Shown here piece after piece: positions 1 through 10,034 of a stretch of DNA of 64,000 nucleotides; positions within the stretch are counted from its first letter, which is position 1; every line of letters starts with the position of its first letter. This DNA is from an uncultured Oscillospiraceae bacterium (lineage in GTDB: Bacteria > Bacillota > Clostridia > Oscillospirales > Acutalibacteraceae), in contig URKX01000001.1 in the NCBI GenBank assembly GCA_900548545.1, forward strand, positions 9,985 through 73,984, written 5' to 3'. The notes under the pieces are model-generated. The model was not told the origin of the DNA. It worked only from the letters and a program-made list of their open reading frames with translations, and searched no databases. The position numbers were made by a program, and so were the translations under genes.

Positions 1-202
1 CATCCAGGAAAACGCCCGCCAGGCCAAGGCCGTGACAAGGCGGATTTCCCCGCCCTATTTCCCCAAAAGCACTTTACAAAGCCCCCCTTCTATGATAAAA
101 TAATTAAGCTGCCCGTCCCTCGGATAGGGGAACCACCAACCCTTACCTGTGGGCCGGGTGAATCAATCAAGCGGCAATGGCCGCGGAAAAGGTGGAATAT
201 CC

Positions 203-466
203 ATGACTAAAACTGAAAAGACCGAAATCATTAAGAAGTATGCCCGCCACGAGGGCGACACTGGTTCCCCTGAGGTGCAGATCGCTGTGCTGACCAAGCG
301 CATCAACGACTTGACCGAGCACCTGCGCCAGAACAAAAAGGACCATCACTCCCGCCGGGGCCTGCTGAAGATGGTCGGCCAAAGACGGAACCTCCTCAAC
401 TACCTGACCAAGATCGACATCGAGCGTTACCGCTCCATCATTGCCGAGCTGGGCATCCGTAAGTAA
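203..466 (+). CDS. rpsO: 30S ribosomal protein S15
   Basis: 87-aa translation [31 protein letters not shown]...ELGIRK is typical S15; ATG at 203 is preceded by a GGTGGA RBS; the ORF-track start at 149 is an upstream in-frame extension. Confidence 0.95.
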   Translation: MTKTEKTEIIKKYARHEGDTGSPEVQIAVLTKRINDLTEHLRQNKKDHHSRRGLLKMVGQRRNLLNYLTKIDIERYRSIIAELGIRK

Positions 467-668
467 AAGAAAAGCAGCGGGCTGTGACTGTGGGCCTTTG
501 GGCCGGCGGCCACAGCCTTTCGCTCTTTTTTAGGGGCGGAACTGTTTACCAAGCAAACCAGCCGGAAACAATCCCGGCCGGCTTGTTTCCTTGTTAAACA
601 GGGCCGCCTTTCGAATAACCGCCCTGGCGGGCCGCTGTGGGGCTGCCGGGGAGAAAGGAACGTGTGTC

Positions 669-2876
669 ATGTTTGAGAATTTTAAAGTGTTCGAAACAGA
701 GCTGGCGGGCCGCCCCCTGGTGGTGGAAACCGGGAAAATGGCCCAGCTGGCCAACGGTGAGTGCTTGGTGCGCTATGGGGACACCGTTGTCCATGTGGCG
801 GTTACCGCCGCCGCGAAGCCCCGGGACGGCATCGATTTCTTCCCCCTCTCGGTGGACTACGAGGAAAAACTCTATTCCGTGGGCAAGATCCCCGGTTCTT
901 TCTTGAAGAGGGAGGGCCGCCCCAGTGAAAAGGCCACCCTCACCTGCCGGATGATCGACCGGCCTATCCGCCCCCTGTTCCCCAAGGATATGCGCAACGA
1001 TGTGTCCATCGTGTGCACCGTCATGTCCGTGGAGCAGGATAACTCCCCGGAGATCGCCGCCCTGATCGGCACCTCCATCGCCCTGTCCATCTCCGACGTG
1101 CCCTGGGACGGCCCCATTTCCGGCGTTTCCGTGGGCCTGGTGGACGGCGAGTTTGTCATCAACCCCACTTCCGCCCAGCGGAAGGTTTCCCAAATGGCCG
1201 TCACCGTGGCCTCCACCGACGAGCGCATTGCCATGATCGAGGCCGGCGCCAACGAGGTGTCCGACGAGGATATGTACAACGGCATCATGGCCGGCCACGA
1301 AGCCAACCAGAAGGTCATTGAGTTTATCAAGGGCATCCAGAAGGAGATCGGCAAGGAGAAGTTCTCCTACCCCTCCAACAAGCCCGAGCCCGGGATGTTC
1401 GAGGCCATCCGGGACTACGCCGAGGATGCTGTCCGGGCCGCCCTGGACACCGACGACAAGAACGTGCGGGACGAGCGCCTGAAGCCCGTGTATGAGGACG
1501 TCCATGAGCACTTCGCGGAGGAGTACCCCGACGCGGAAGCCAAGATCGACGAGTGCCTGTACCTGACCCAGAAGTACGTGGTGCGCCGCTGGCTGTTGGA
1601 CGAGCAGAAGCGTGTGGACGGCCGCGGTATGGACGAGATGCGCCCCCTGGCCGCGGAAGTGGGCCTGCTGCCCCGCGTCCACGGTTCCGGTATGTTCACC
1701 CGCGGCCAGACCCAGGTGCTCACGGTGGCCACTTTGGGCTCCATGCGGGACAACCAGCTGCTGGACGGCATTGACGAAGAGGAGAACAAGCGGTATATCC
1801 ACCACTACAACTTCCCCTCCTACTCCGTGGGCGAAACCAAGCCCAGCCGGGGCCCCGGCCGCCGGGAGATCGGCCACGGCGCTTTGGCCGAGCGCGCCCT
1901 GGTGCCTGTGATCCCCAGCGTGGAGGAGTTCCCCTACACCCTGCGGCTGGTCAGCGAAGTGCTGTCCTCCAACGGCTCCACCTCCCAGGCTTCCATCTGC
2001 GGCTCTACCCTGGCCCTGATGGACGCCGGTGTGCCCATCAAGGCCCCTGTGGCCGGCATCTCCTGCGGCCTGATCACCGAGGGCGACCGCTGGATGACCA
2101 TGGTGGACATCCAGGGCATTGAGGACTTCTTCGGCGACATGGACTTTAAGGTGGGCGGCACCAAGAAGGGTATCACCGCCATCCAGATGGACCTGAAGAT
2201 CCACGGCCTGACCCCCGCCATGGTGAAGGAGGCCCTGGAGAAGACCCACAAGGCCCGGAACTATATCATTGATGAAATCATTCTGAAGGCCATCCCCGAA
2301 GTGCGGCCTCAGCTTTCCAAGTACGCCCCCAAGATGCTGTCCACCGTGATCCCCGTGGACAAGATCCGGGAGGTCATCGGCAGCGGCGGCAAGGTGATCC
2401 AGAAGATCTGCGCCGAGTGCGAAGTGAAAATGGATGTGGAAGAGGACGGCCATGTGTTCATCTCCGGCCTGGATCTGGAGAAGTGCCAGCGGGCCTTGGA
2501 CATTGTGGACACCATTGTCAACGATCCCGAGCCCGGCTCTTACTACAACGGCCGTGTCACCCGGCTGATGGACTTTGGCGCCTTTGTGGAGATCGCCCCC
2601 GGCAAGGAAGGCCTGGTGCACATCTCCCGCCTGGACATCAAGCGCACCGAGAAGGTCACCGACGTGGTGAACGTGGGGGATATCGTCAAGGTGAAAGTGC
2701 TGGAGATCGACGACAAGGGCCGGCTGAACCTTTCCCGCCGGGACGCCCTCATCGACCTGGACGGCGCCGTGCCGGAGAACGACATCTCTTCCGAAAGCCG
2801 CCCGCCCCGCCGGGAGCATGGGGACCGTGACCGCAGCCGCGACCGCCGTCCCAGAAGGGACCATCACGAACACTGA
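669..2876 (+). CDS. pnp: polynucleotide phosphorylase (PNPase) with RNase PH, KH and S1 domains and an Arg/Asp-rich C-terminal tail
   Basis: MFENFKVFETELAGRPLVVETGKMA... matches the PNPase N-terminus; GGAGAAAGGAA RBS before ATG 669; conserved rpsO-pnp synteny; the antisense 811-aa ORF is a GC shadow. Confidence 0.95.
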   Translation: MFENFKVFETELAGRPLVVETGKMAQLANGECLVRYGDTVVHVAVTAAAKPRDGIDFFPLSVDYEEKLYSVGKIPGSFLKREGRPSEKATLTCRMIDRPIRPLFPKDMRNDVSIVCTVMSVEQDNSPEIAALIGTSIALSISDVPWDGPISGVSVGLVDGEFVINPTSAQRKVSQMAVTVASTDERIAMIEAGANEVSDEDMYNGIMAGHEANQKVIEFIKGIQKEIGKEKFSYPSNKPEPGMFEAIRDYAEDAVRAALDTDDKNVRDERLKPVYEDVHEHFAEEYPDAEAKIDECLYLTQKYVVRRWLLDEQKRVDGRGMDEMRPLAAEVGLLPRVHGSGMFTRGQTQVLTVATLGSMRDNQLLDGIDEEENKRYIHHYNFPSYSVGETKPSRGPGRREIGHGALAERALVPVIPSVEEFPYTLRLVSEVLSSNGSTSQASICGSTLALMDAGVPIKAPVAGISCGLITEGDRWMTMVDIQGIEDFFGDMDFKVGGTKKGITAIQMDLKIHGLTPAMVKEALEKTHKARNYIIDEIILKAIPEVRPQLSKYAPKMLSTVIPVDKIREVIGSGGKVIQKICAECEVKMDVEEDGHVFISGLDLEKCQRALDIVDTIVNDPEPGSYYNGRVTRLMDFGAFVEIAPGKEGLVHISRLDIKRTEKVTDVVNVGDIVKVKVLEIDDKGRLNLSRRDALIDLDGAVPENDISSESRPPRREHGDRDRSRDRRPRRDHHEH

Positions 2877-2908
2877 TCCCCTGGTTTCAGGGTTGGAAAC
2901 ATGACAAA

Positions 2909-2965
2909 AGGGCCAGCGGTGGCTCCAGCGGAAAAGCTGGGCCCCGCTGGCCCTGGCTGGTTTTG
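2909..2965 (+). terminator. rho-independent terminator-like hairpin after pnp
   Basis: AGGGCCAGCGG...CCGCTGGCCCT 11-bp perfect stem followed by GGCTGGTTTTGTG. Confidence 0.5.
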
Positions 2966-3094
2966 TGGGCCGCTGGGGGCCACGAAACTTTCCCAGGGGA
3001 CCGGCTCTTTTTCTGTGCAACCTTTCCATTGCTTTTTACCAGTTTACTGTGGTAACATACAAATTACATGAACCCTTTTGAAAGGAGCGTTTCC

Positions 3095-4264
3095 ATGACC
3101 ATTCAAGCGGGCTCCCAGCAGGCGGAAGATCCAAGGGGCTTTCAGGCTGGGAGTGTTTCCCACGCCCCGGCCCAGCGGAAAGCCATCATCGCCATGAGCG
3201 GCGGGGTGGATTCCTCTGTGGCGGCCCTGCTGTGCCAGCGGCAGGGGTTCGACTGTATGGGCGTCACTTTAAAACTGTATGACAACCAGGACGCGGGCCT
3301 GGGGGAGGCGTCCTTCCCTGGGGAGAAGACCTGCTGCTCGGTGGACGACGTGGCCGACGCCCGCAGCGTGGCCTTCCGGCTGGGGATGCCCTTTTATGTG
3401 TTCAACTTCAAGGAGGCTTTCCGCCGGGAGGTGATGGACCGGTTTGCCGCCGCCTACCAGCATGGGGAAACCCCCAACCCCTGTGTGGACTGCAACCGGT
3501 ATATCAAGTTTGAGAAGCTCATGCGCCGGGGGGAGGAGATCGGCTATCCCTATGTGGCCACAGGCCACTACGCCCGGGTGGAACAGGACGAGGCCACGGG
3601 CCGCTGGCTGCTGAAAAAGGGCCTGGACGAGAACAAGGACCAGAGCTATATGCTCTACTCCCTGACCCAGTGGGAGCTTTCCCGGCTGCTGCTGCCCCTG
3701 GGGGGGCTGACCAAAGACCAGACCCGGGCCTTGGCCGAGGAGAACGGCTTTATCAACGCCCGCAAGCGGGACAGCCAGGACATCTGCTTTGTGCCCGACG
3801 GGGACTACGCTGCCTTTATCCGCCGCTGGACCGGCCAGGAGTTCCCTCCCGGGGAGTTCGTGGGCACCCACGGGGAGGTGTATGGCACCCATAAGGGGAT
3901 CATCCACTACACCGTGGGCCAGCGCAAGGGCCTGGGGCTTTCCTTCCCCCAGCCCATGTTCGTCAAGGAGATCGACACGGAAAAGAACCAGGTGGTGCTG
4001 GCCAAAGCCGAGGAGCTGTTCTCCCAGGAGGTCACCGCCCGGGACATCAACTTGATCTCCGTGGGGAGCATCCCCCAGCCCATGGAGGTGAAAGCCCGGG
4101 TGCGCTACCGCCAGAAGGAGCAGCCTGCCACCGTGGTGCAGACAGGCCCCGACGAGCTGAAAGTGGTGTTCCACCAGCCCCAGCGGGCCATCACCCCCGG
4201 CCAGGCCCTGGTGCTCTACCAGGGGGACACCGTGGTGGGCGGCGGAAAGATTGTGGGAAATTAA
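3095..4264 (+). CDS. mnmA: tRNA-specific 2-thiouridylase MnmA
   Basis: PP-loop motif AMSGGVDSSVAALL, CxxC and C-terminal MnmA signature; AAAGGAG RBS 7 nt upstream of ATG 3095. Confidence 0.9.
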   Translation: MTIQAGSQQAEDPRGFQAGSVSHAPAQRKAIIAMSGGVDSSVAALLCQRQGFDCMGVTLKLYDNQDAGLGEASFPGEKTCCSVDDVADARSVAFRLGMPFYVFNFKEAFRREVMDRFAAAYQHGETPNPCVDCNRYIKFEKLMRRGEEIGYPYVATGHYARVEQDEATGRWLLKKGLDENKDQSYMLYSLTQWELSRLLLPLGGLTKDQTRALAEENGFINARKRDSQDICFVPDGDYAAFIRRWTGQEFPPGEFVGTHGEVYGTHKGIIHYTVGQRKGLGLSFPQPMFVKEIDTEKNQVVLAKAEELFSQEVTARDINLISVGSIPQPMEVKARVRYRQKEQPATVVQTGPDELKVVFHQPQRAITPGQALVLYQGDTVVGGGKIVGN

Positions 4265-4298
4265 AGAGAAAGGGACGGGGCCGGGCCCCGAGGTCACT

Positions 4299-5087
4299 AT
4301 GGAACTGAAAGATGCAGAGATCCTTGTGGTGAAGGTGGGAACCTCCACCCTCACCTATGAAAACGGGAAAGTCAACCTGCGGCGGCTGGAAGAGCTGTGC
4401 CGCACCCTGGCGGATTTGCAGAACGCCGGGCGCAAGCTGGTGCTGGTTTCCTCCGGCGCCATCGGCGTGGGCATGGGCAAGCTGGGGCTTCCCAGCCGCC
4501 CGGAGGAAACAGAGAAAAAGCAGGCGCTGGCAGCCATTGGCCAGTGCGAGCTGATGTTTTTATACGACAAGTTTTTTGGGGAGTACAACCACACCGTGGC
4601 CCAGGTGCTGCTCACCGCAGACGTGGTGGACTTCCCCCGGGGACGGGAAAACGTCCAGAACACCTTCCGGGAGCTGCTGTCCATGGGGGTCATCCCGGTG
4701 GTCAACGAAAACGACACTGTGGAAACCCAGGAGCTGGAAGGCAAGAACTTCGGCGATAACGACACCTTGTCCGCGGTGGTGGCAGGGCTGTGCGGCGCCC
4801 AGGGGTTGGTGATCCTCACCGACATCGACGGCCTGTACACCGGCGACCCCCGGAAAGATCCCAGCGCCCGGCGCATCCCCCGGGTGGAGGAGATCACCCA
4901 GGAGGTGGAGGCATTGGCCGGCGGGGCTGGCTCCAACCGGGGCACCGGGGGCATGGCCACCAAGCTGAAGGCCGCCAAACTGGCTACAAGCCAGGGTATC
5001 TCCATGGCCATCCTCTCCGGCAGCGACCTGCCCGGCCTCTACCGCCTGATGGAGGGGGAGAGCGTGGGCACTCTGTTCCCGGCATGA
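4299..5087 (+). CDS. proB: glutamate 5-kinase (short form without PUA domain)
   Basis: MELKDAEILVVKVGTSTLT...VLVSSGAIGVG amino-acid kinase motifs; proB-proA adjacency. Confidence 0.9.
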   Translation: MELKDAEILVVKVGTSTLTYENGKVNLRRLEELCRTLADLQNAGRKLVLVSSGAIGVGMGKLGLPSRPEETEKKQALAAIGQCELMFLYDKFFGEYNHTVAQVLLTADVVDFPRGRENVQNTFRELLSMGVIPVVNENDTVETQELEGKNFGDNDTLSAVVAGLCGAQGLVILTDIDGLYTGDPRKDPSARRIPRVEEITQEVEALAGGAGSNRGTGGMATKLKAAKLATSQGISMAILSGSDLPGLYRLMEGESVGTLFPA

Positions 5088-5134
5088 CTCCCTGCCGGAT
5101 AGCCAACCATTCTGTTGAAAAAGGAGGAATCCCT

Positions 5135-6373
5135 ATGACCATCACCGAAATGGGCGCACGGGCCAAAGAGGCCGCCCGGGTCCTTGCCACCGCAGGGGCC
5201 TTGAAAGAGGCCGCCTTGCTCCACGCTGCCCACGCCCTTTGGAGCCGCCGGGAGGAGATCCTGGCAGCCAATGCCCAAGATCTGGAAGCCGGGAAAGGGG
5301 CAGGCTTGTCCCAGGCGCTGTTAGACCGGCTGGCCCTGACGGAGGGCCGCATCCAGGACATGAAGACCGCCGTGGAGGAAGTGGCCAAAGCCGCTGACCC
5401 GGTGGGCCGCGCCCTGTCCGGGGAAACCCGCCCCAACGGCCTGCGGATCGAAAAGGTCGCCGTGCCCCTGGGGGTCATCGGCATCATCTACGAGGCCCGG
5501 CCCAACGTCACCAGCGACGCCGCCGCCCTGTGCTTGAAGGCGGGCAACGCGGTGATCCTCCGGGGCGGGAAAGAGGCCATCCGCTCCAACAAGGCCGTGG
5601 CCGGGGTGCTGCGGGACGCCTTGGAGGAGGCGGGCCTGCCTGCGGACTGCGTCCAGCTGGTGGAGGATACCAGCCGCCAGTCTGCCCAGGAGCTGATGGG
5701 CCTGACCCAGTACCTGGATGTGCTCATCCCCCGGGGCGGTGCCGGGCTGATCCGCTCGGTGAAGGAGAACGCCCGGGTGCCGGTGATCGAAACCGGGGTG
5801 GGCAACTGCCACGTGTATGTGGACGCTTCCGCGGACCTGGACATGGCCGCGGAGATCATCTACAACGCCAAGTGTTCCCGGCCCTCGGTGTGCAACGCCA
5901 TTGAAACCATTTTGGTGCACCAGGACGCGGCGAAGGCGGCCCTGCCCAAGATCAAGGCCCGGCTGGACGAAAAGCAGGTGGAACTGCGGGGCTGTGACCG
6001 GGCAAGGGCCATCCTGCCGGGGATCACCCCCGCTGTGGAAGAGGACTGGGCCACCGAGTACCTGGACTACATCCTGGCGGTGAAGGTGGTGGGCTCCCTG
6101 GAGGAGGCCCTGGGCCACATCGCCCGGTATTCCACCGGCCACAGCGAGTGCATCGTCACCCAGGACTACACCGCTGCCCAGCGGTTTTTAAATGAGGTGG
6201 ACGCCGCCGCCGTGTATGTAAATGCCTCCACCCGGTTTACAGATGGAGGCCAGTTTGGCTTGGGCGCGGAGATCGGCATCTCCACCCAGAAGCTTCACGC
6301 CCGGGGCCCCATGGGCCTGGAGCAGCTGGTGAGCTATAAATTCCTCATCCGGGGCAGCGGCCAGGTGCGGTAA
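5135..6373 (+). CDS. proA: gamma-glutamyl phosphate reductase
   Basis: MTITEMGARAKEAARVL... aldehyde-dehydrogenase-fold ProA; AAGGAGGAA RBS; immediately after proB. Confidence 0.9.
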   Translation: MTITEMGARAKEAARVLATAGALKEAALLHAAHALWSRREEILAANAQDLEAGKGAGLSQALLDRLALTEGRIQDMKTAVEEVAKAADPVGRALSGETRPNGLRIEKVAVPLGVIGIIYEARPNVTSDAAALCLKAGNAVILRGGKEAIRSNKAVAGVLRDALEEAGLPADCVQLVEDTSRQSAQELMGLTQYLDVLIPRGGAGLIRSVKENARVPVIETGVGNCHVYVDASADLDMAAEIIYNAKCSRPSVCNAIETILVHQDAAKAALPKIKARLDEKQVELRGCDRARAILPGITPAVEEDWATEYLDYILAVKVVGSLEEALGHIARYSTGHSECIVTQDYTAAQRFLNEVDAAAVYVNASTRFTDGGQFGLGAEIGISTQKLHARGPMGLEQLVSYKFLIRGSGQVR

Positions 6374-6398
6374 ACCGTGATGTTCGGCCGGTTTGTGC

Positions 6399-6731
6399 CT
6401 AAAGCAGCAAAAACATCAGGGCAAACAGCAGCTCGTTGTTTTTTTCGTCCCCGCTGAGCAGGAGCAGCAGCGCCAAAATGATGGTGCGCTCCTTGTCTTT
6501 GAAAAAGGCGTTCAGCAGGCTGCCCTCCTCCTGGGGGGCAGGGGCTTGTGAAGGCTGCCCCTGGGAAGGCTGCACCGGCACCTGGTTTTGGGGCTGGGGA
6601 ACCTGCTTTGGCTGGGGAGGCGGGTCGACCTGCTGTTTCCGGGGCTGGGGGATGTGGGCCCGGGCCTGCATTTCCCGGGCCCTGCGGGCGGCTTCCTCCC
6701 GCAGCTTGTTCATGTCCAAGTCTTGTGCCAT
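6399..6731 (-). CDS. hypothetical small protein with a Pro/Gln-rich middle and a hydrophobic Leu-rich C-terminus
   Basis: GGGAGGTG RBS 6 nt upstream; low-complexity PQPKQVPQPQNQVPVQPSQGQPSQAPAPQ tract; C-terminal TIILALLLLLSG...LLFALMFLLL. Confidence 0.55.
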   Translation of the reverse strand: MAQDLDMNKLREEAARRAREMQARAHIPQPRKQQVDPPPQPKQVPQPQNQVPVQPSQGQPSQAPAPQEEGSLLNAFFKDKERTIILALLLLLSGDEKNNELLFALMFLLL

Positions 6732-6743
6732 GGGGGCACCTCC

Positions 6744-7181
6744 CTACAGCAGCCCGGACAACAGCCCGGAAAATACGCCGCTCTCTTTCAGCAAGGGGAG
6801 CAGCCGCAGCATTTGCAAGATCTGGATGGCTTCGTCCACCTTTTTCTGCCGGGACTCCCCCAAAAGGGGGCGCAGGGCCCGCAGCAGCCGGGTGGCGTCA
6901 TCCTCCCGGTTGGCCTGGGAGAGCAGCGGCCCCAGCCGGGTCATCAGGGAGAGGGCCTGGGGGGTGATGCCCCCCAAAGAAGGCCCGGTTTCCTGGGGGG
7001 CGTTCCCCCCGGAAAGCGCCCCCAGCAGGGAGCTGAGATCCGGGGTGGAAGGGGCTGGGGGGGCCGCTTTTTGGGCAGGCTCCTCCTGGCCGCTGCCCAG
7101 GGATTGGAGCATCCCTTGGATCTGCCCCATGGCCTGGGGGTCTGACAGGATCTTTTGGAGCTGCTGGCTCAAGTCGTCCAT
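6744..7181 (-). CDS. hypothetical low-complexity protein, paralog of the upstream small protein
   Basis: shares LQK(I/V)LSDP and TPQAL motifs with ORF 7207..7458; AAAGGGG RBS upstream. Confidence 0.55.
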   Translation of the reverse strand: MDDLSQQLQKILSDPQAMGQIQGMLQSLGSGQEEPAQKAAPPAPSTPDLSSLLGALSGGNAPQETGPSLGGITPQALSLMTRLGPLLSQANREDDATRLLRALRPLLGESRQKKVDEAIQILQMLRLLPLLKESGVFSGLLSGLL

Positions 7182-7206
7182 GGGGTCCGCCCCTTTCTAC
7201 AAAGGT

Positions 7207-7458
7207 TTATTTGCCCTGGTTCCCAAACATCTGGAACAGCTTTTGGGCCTGGGGCGTGGACAGCAGCTTTTTGGCCGCTTCCGGGTCAGAGAGCACTTTT
7301 TGCAGGGCAGCGGCGTCTTGGCCGCTGGAGCCCGCCGCCAGGGAGGAGAGGTCCCCCCGCTGGGCGGCGGCTTTCAAGGCCTGGGGCGTGGTGCCCATGC
7401 GCTGGGCCGCCACTTTTAACAGGGATTCCAACTGGTTTTGGTTGGGTGCTTGACTCAT
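7207..7458 (-). CDS. hypothetical small Ala/Gln-rich protein (83 aa)
   Basis: internal ATG (MSQAPNQNQLESLL...) preceded by AAGGGGG RBS; the longer 188-aa ORF-track version has no RBS and its N-terminus looks like non-coding translation. Confidence 0.55.
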   Translation of the reverse strand: MSQAPNQNQLESLLKVAAQRMGTTPQALKAAAQRGDLSSLAAGSSGQDAAALQKVLSDPEAAKKLLSTPQAQKLFQMFGNQGK

Positions 7459-7594
7459 GATTTGCGTACCCCCTTTCGCGGTGGGATGGCCAGTCACAGG
7501 ACCGGCTCTATTCCCATAGTATGCGGCAAAGGGGAAAAAATGCCCCGGACAGCGGGGCGGGGAGATGTATTTTGGAAAGGAAGGATCTGATACA

Positions 7595-8062
7595 ATGCGA
7601 ATTTTAGTGGTATCCGATTCCCACGGCAACGATGCCAACCTGTGCCGGGCCATTTTGGCCCAGCCCACAGCGGAAGTGGTCGTCCACCTGGGGGATGGGG
7701 AAGAGGAGTTGCAGCGGGCCAAGCGCTCGTTCCCGGAGAAGATGTTTTTGGCGGTGCGGGGCAACTGCGACATGGCCTCGTCCCTGCCGCCGGTGGGGGA
7801 ATATGAGGCCCAGGGGGTGCGGATCTTCTACACCCACGGCCATTTGTACGGGGTGAAGTCGGGGCAGTATACCATTGTGTGCGCTGCCCGGGAAAAGAAG
7901 GCCCAAGTGCTTTTGTACGGCCACACCCACCAGGCTTTCACCGGCTATGAGGACGGGCTTTACATGATGAACCCCGGCTCTTTGAACAGCTGGGAGCCCA
8001 CCTACGGCACTTTGGATATCACCCCCCAAGGGATTGTGACCAATGTGGTAAAACTGCCTTGA
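7595..8062 (+). CDS. YfcE/MJ0936-family metallophosphoesterase
   Basis: MRILVVSDSHGN...GDGEEE...GNCD...YGHTH metallophosphoesterase motifs; GGAAAGGAAGGA RBS. Confidence 0.85.
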   Translation: MRILVVSDSHGNDANLCRAILAQPTAEVVVHLGDGEEELQRAKRSFPEKMFLAVRGNCDMASSLPPVGEYEAQGVRIFYTHGHLYGVKSGQYTIVCAAREKKAQVLLYGHTHQAFTGYEDGLYMMNPGSLNSWEPTYGTLDITPQGIVTNVVKLP

Positions 8063-8183
8063 GGCCCCTTGTTTCGAGTTGACAGGGCAACCCAAAAATG
8101 GTAATCTTACAGATAGAAAACCTACAAAAAAATGGGCGCCCCCATGCTGCTTCGGCGCTCTCAACAGAAGGGAAGGTTTCCAT

Positions 8184-9881
8184 ATGACGGAATACGAAAG
8201 ATGGCTGCAACAGCCTTTGGATGACCCCGACCTCACGGAAGAGCTGCGCTCCATCCAGGGCAACGAGGAAGAGATCAACGACCGCTTTTACATGGACCTG
8301 GAGTTCGGCACCGCAGGCCTGCGCGGCGTGATCGGCGCGGGGATCAATCGGATGAACGTGTACACCGTGCGCAAGGCGACCCAGGGCCTTTCCAACTACC
8401 TGTTAAAACACGCCCAGGGCAAGCCCCAATCTGTGGCCATTGCCTACGACAGCCGCAACAAAGGCGTGCTGTTCTCCCAGCAGTCGGCGGCTGTGTTGGC
8501 TGCCAACGGCATCAAAGCCTATCTCTATCCCCAGCTGATGCCCACCCCCTCCCTGTCTTACGCGGTGCGGCACCTGCATTGCGACGCGGGCATCTGCGTC
8601 ACCGCCAGCCACAACCCCGCCAAGTACAACGGCTACAAGGCTTACGGCAGCGACGGCTGCCAGGTCACCGCGGAAATGGCCGACGGCATCACCCAGGAGA
8701 TCAAGTCCCTGGACATTTTCACCGATGTGAAGAAGATGGACTTTGAAGAGGGCATCCAGCAGGGGCTGATCGAGTATATCGGCGAGGAAACAGTGGACGC
8801 CTTCCTGGACGATGTGTACAAGGTGAGCCTCATCGACGACGCCAGCAACCTGAAGCTGGTGTACACCCCCTTAAACGGCGCCGGGAAGATGTGTGTCACC
8901 CGCATCTTGGAACGCGTTGGCATCCAGGACGTCACCGTAGTGCCCGAGCAGGCCGAGCCTGACGGCAACTTCCCCACCTGCCCCTATCCCAACCCCGAGT
9001 TCCGGGAGGCCCTGCAAAAGGGCCTGGAGCTGTGCGAGAAGGTCCAGCCCGACCTGCTGCTGGCCACCGACCCCGACAGCGACCGTGTGGGCATTGCCGT
9101 GAACCAGAATGGGGAGTTTGTGCTGATGAGCGGCAACGAAGTGGGTGTGCTGCTGCTGAACTTCATTGCCAAGGTGAAGCAGGAGCAGGGCAAGCTGCCC
9201 GCCCATCCTGTGGCGGTGACCACCATTGTTTCCACGGATATGGTGGATCCTGTGGCCCAGCATTACGGCGTGGAGCTGCGCCGCTGCCTGACGGGCTTTA
9301 AGTACATCGGTGATATCATTGCCGACCTGGAGCAGAAAGAGGGCAGCGACGAGAGCTTCCTGCTGGGCTTTGAAGAGAGCTATGGCTACCTGCCCGGGGG
9401 CTATGTCCGGGACAAAGACGCCGTGGCCGCCAGTATGCTCATCTGCCAGATGGCTTCTTACTACAAGCGCCAGGGCAAGACCCTGGTGGACGTGATGAAC
9501 GACCTGTATGAGGACTATGGTTACTATCAGAACGTCACCTTGAACTTTGCCTTCGAGGGGGAGGACGGCATGAAGACCATGGCCCGGATCATGACCACCC
9601 TGCGGGAGCAGCCCCCTGCGGAGATCGCAGGCACCAAGGTCATCGGCCGCAGCGACTACCTGCTGTCCCGTTCCTATGGGGACAAGGAGGGCGTCATCGA
9701 CCTGCCCAAGTCTAACGTGCTGGAGTACCGTTTGGGGAATGGCTGCAAGTTCATTGTCCGTCCCTCCGGCACCGAGCCCAAGATCAAGATCTACCTCTCC
9801 GGTAAGGGTGCCACCAAGGAAGAGTCCCTCCGGGAGATCGAAAAGATGAAGGCCGCCGTCCCCGGTGTTTTGGGGATGTAA
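8184..9881 (+). CDS. pgm: phosphoglucomutase/phosphomannomutase family protein
   Basis: GTAGLRG, TASHNP(A) phosphoserine loop, GDxDxDR-like motifs; ATG 8184 after GAAGGGAAGG. Confidence 0.9.
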   Translation: MTEYERWLQQPLDDPDLTEELRSIQGNEEEINDRFYMDLEFGTAGLRGVIGAGINRMNVYTVRKATQGLSNYLLKHAQGKPQSVAIAYDSRNKGVLFSQQSAAVLAANGIKAYLYPQLMPTPSLSYAVRHLHCDAGICVTASHNPAKYNGYKAYGSDGCQVTAEMADGITQEIKSLDIFTDVKKMDFEEGIQQGLIEYIGEETVDAFLDDVYKVSLIDDASNLKLVYTPLNGAGKMCVTRILERVGIQDVTVVPEQAEPDGNFPTCPYPNPEFREALQKGLELCEKVQPDLLLATDPDSDRVGIAVNQNGEFVLMSGNEVGVLLLNFIAKVKQEQGKLPAHPVAVTTIVSTDMVDPVAQHYGVELRRCLTGFKYIGDIIADLEQKEGSDESFLLGFEESYGYLPGGYVRDKDAVAASMLICQMASYYKRQGKTLVDVMNDLYEDYGYYQNVTLNFAFEGEDGMKTMARIMTTLREQPPAEIAGTKVIGRSDYLLSRSYGDKEGVIDLPKSNVLEYRLGNGCKFIVRPSGTEPKIKIYLSGKGATKEESLREIEKMKAAVPGVLGM

Positions 9882-9908
9882 GGGCAGCGCCTTCGCCATA
9901 CAGCACAG

Positions 9909-9949
9909 CAAAAAAGGACATCCATGGTTTCCCCTTGGGTGTCCTTTTT
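9909..9949. terminator. bidirectional rho-independent terminator between convergent pgm and MATE genes
   Basis: AAAAAAGGACATCC-loop-GGGTGTCCTTTTT, A-run and T-run flanking the hairpin. Confidence 0.7.
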
Positions 9950-10034
9950 GTGTGGAAAAAGTGGGGTTGCGGGGCCCTTTGAGGCCCGTGCGCCGGCCTT
10001 GCGATACCGTAGAAGGCCGGGGGGAAGAAGGGCG

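Noticed and set aside
594-3029. 811-aa minus-strand ORF antisense to pnp, and similar very long ORFs antisense to real genes (e.g. 15382..17625, 9924..11330, 28684..30843, 32311..34428, 39672..40694, 45686..47482, 21385..21999)
   Set aside because: High GC produces long stop-free antisense frames. Their translations are low-complexity (G/A/P/R/H-rich), lack RBS/start context, and the opposite strand encodes well-recognised conserved proteins.
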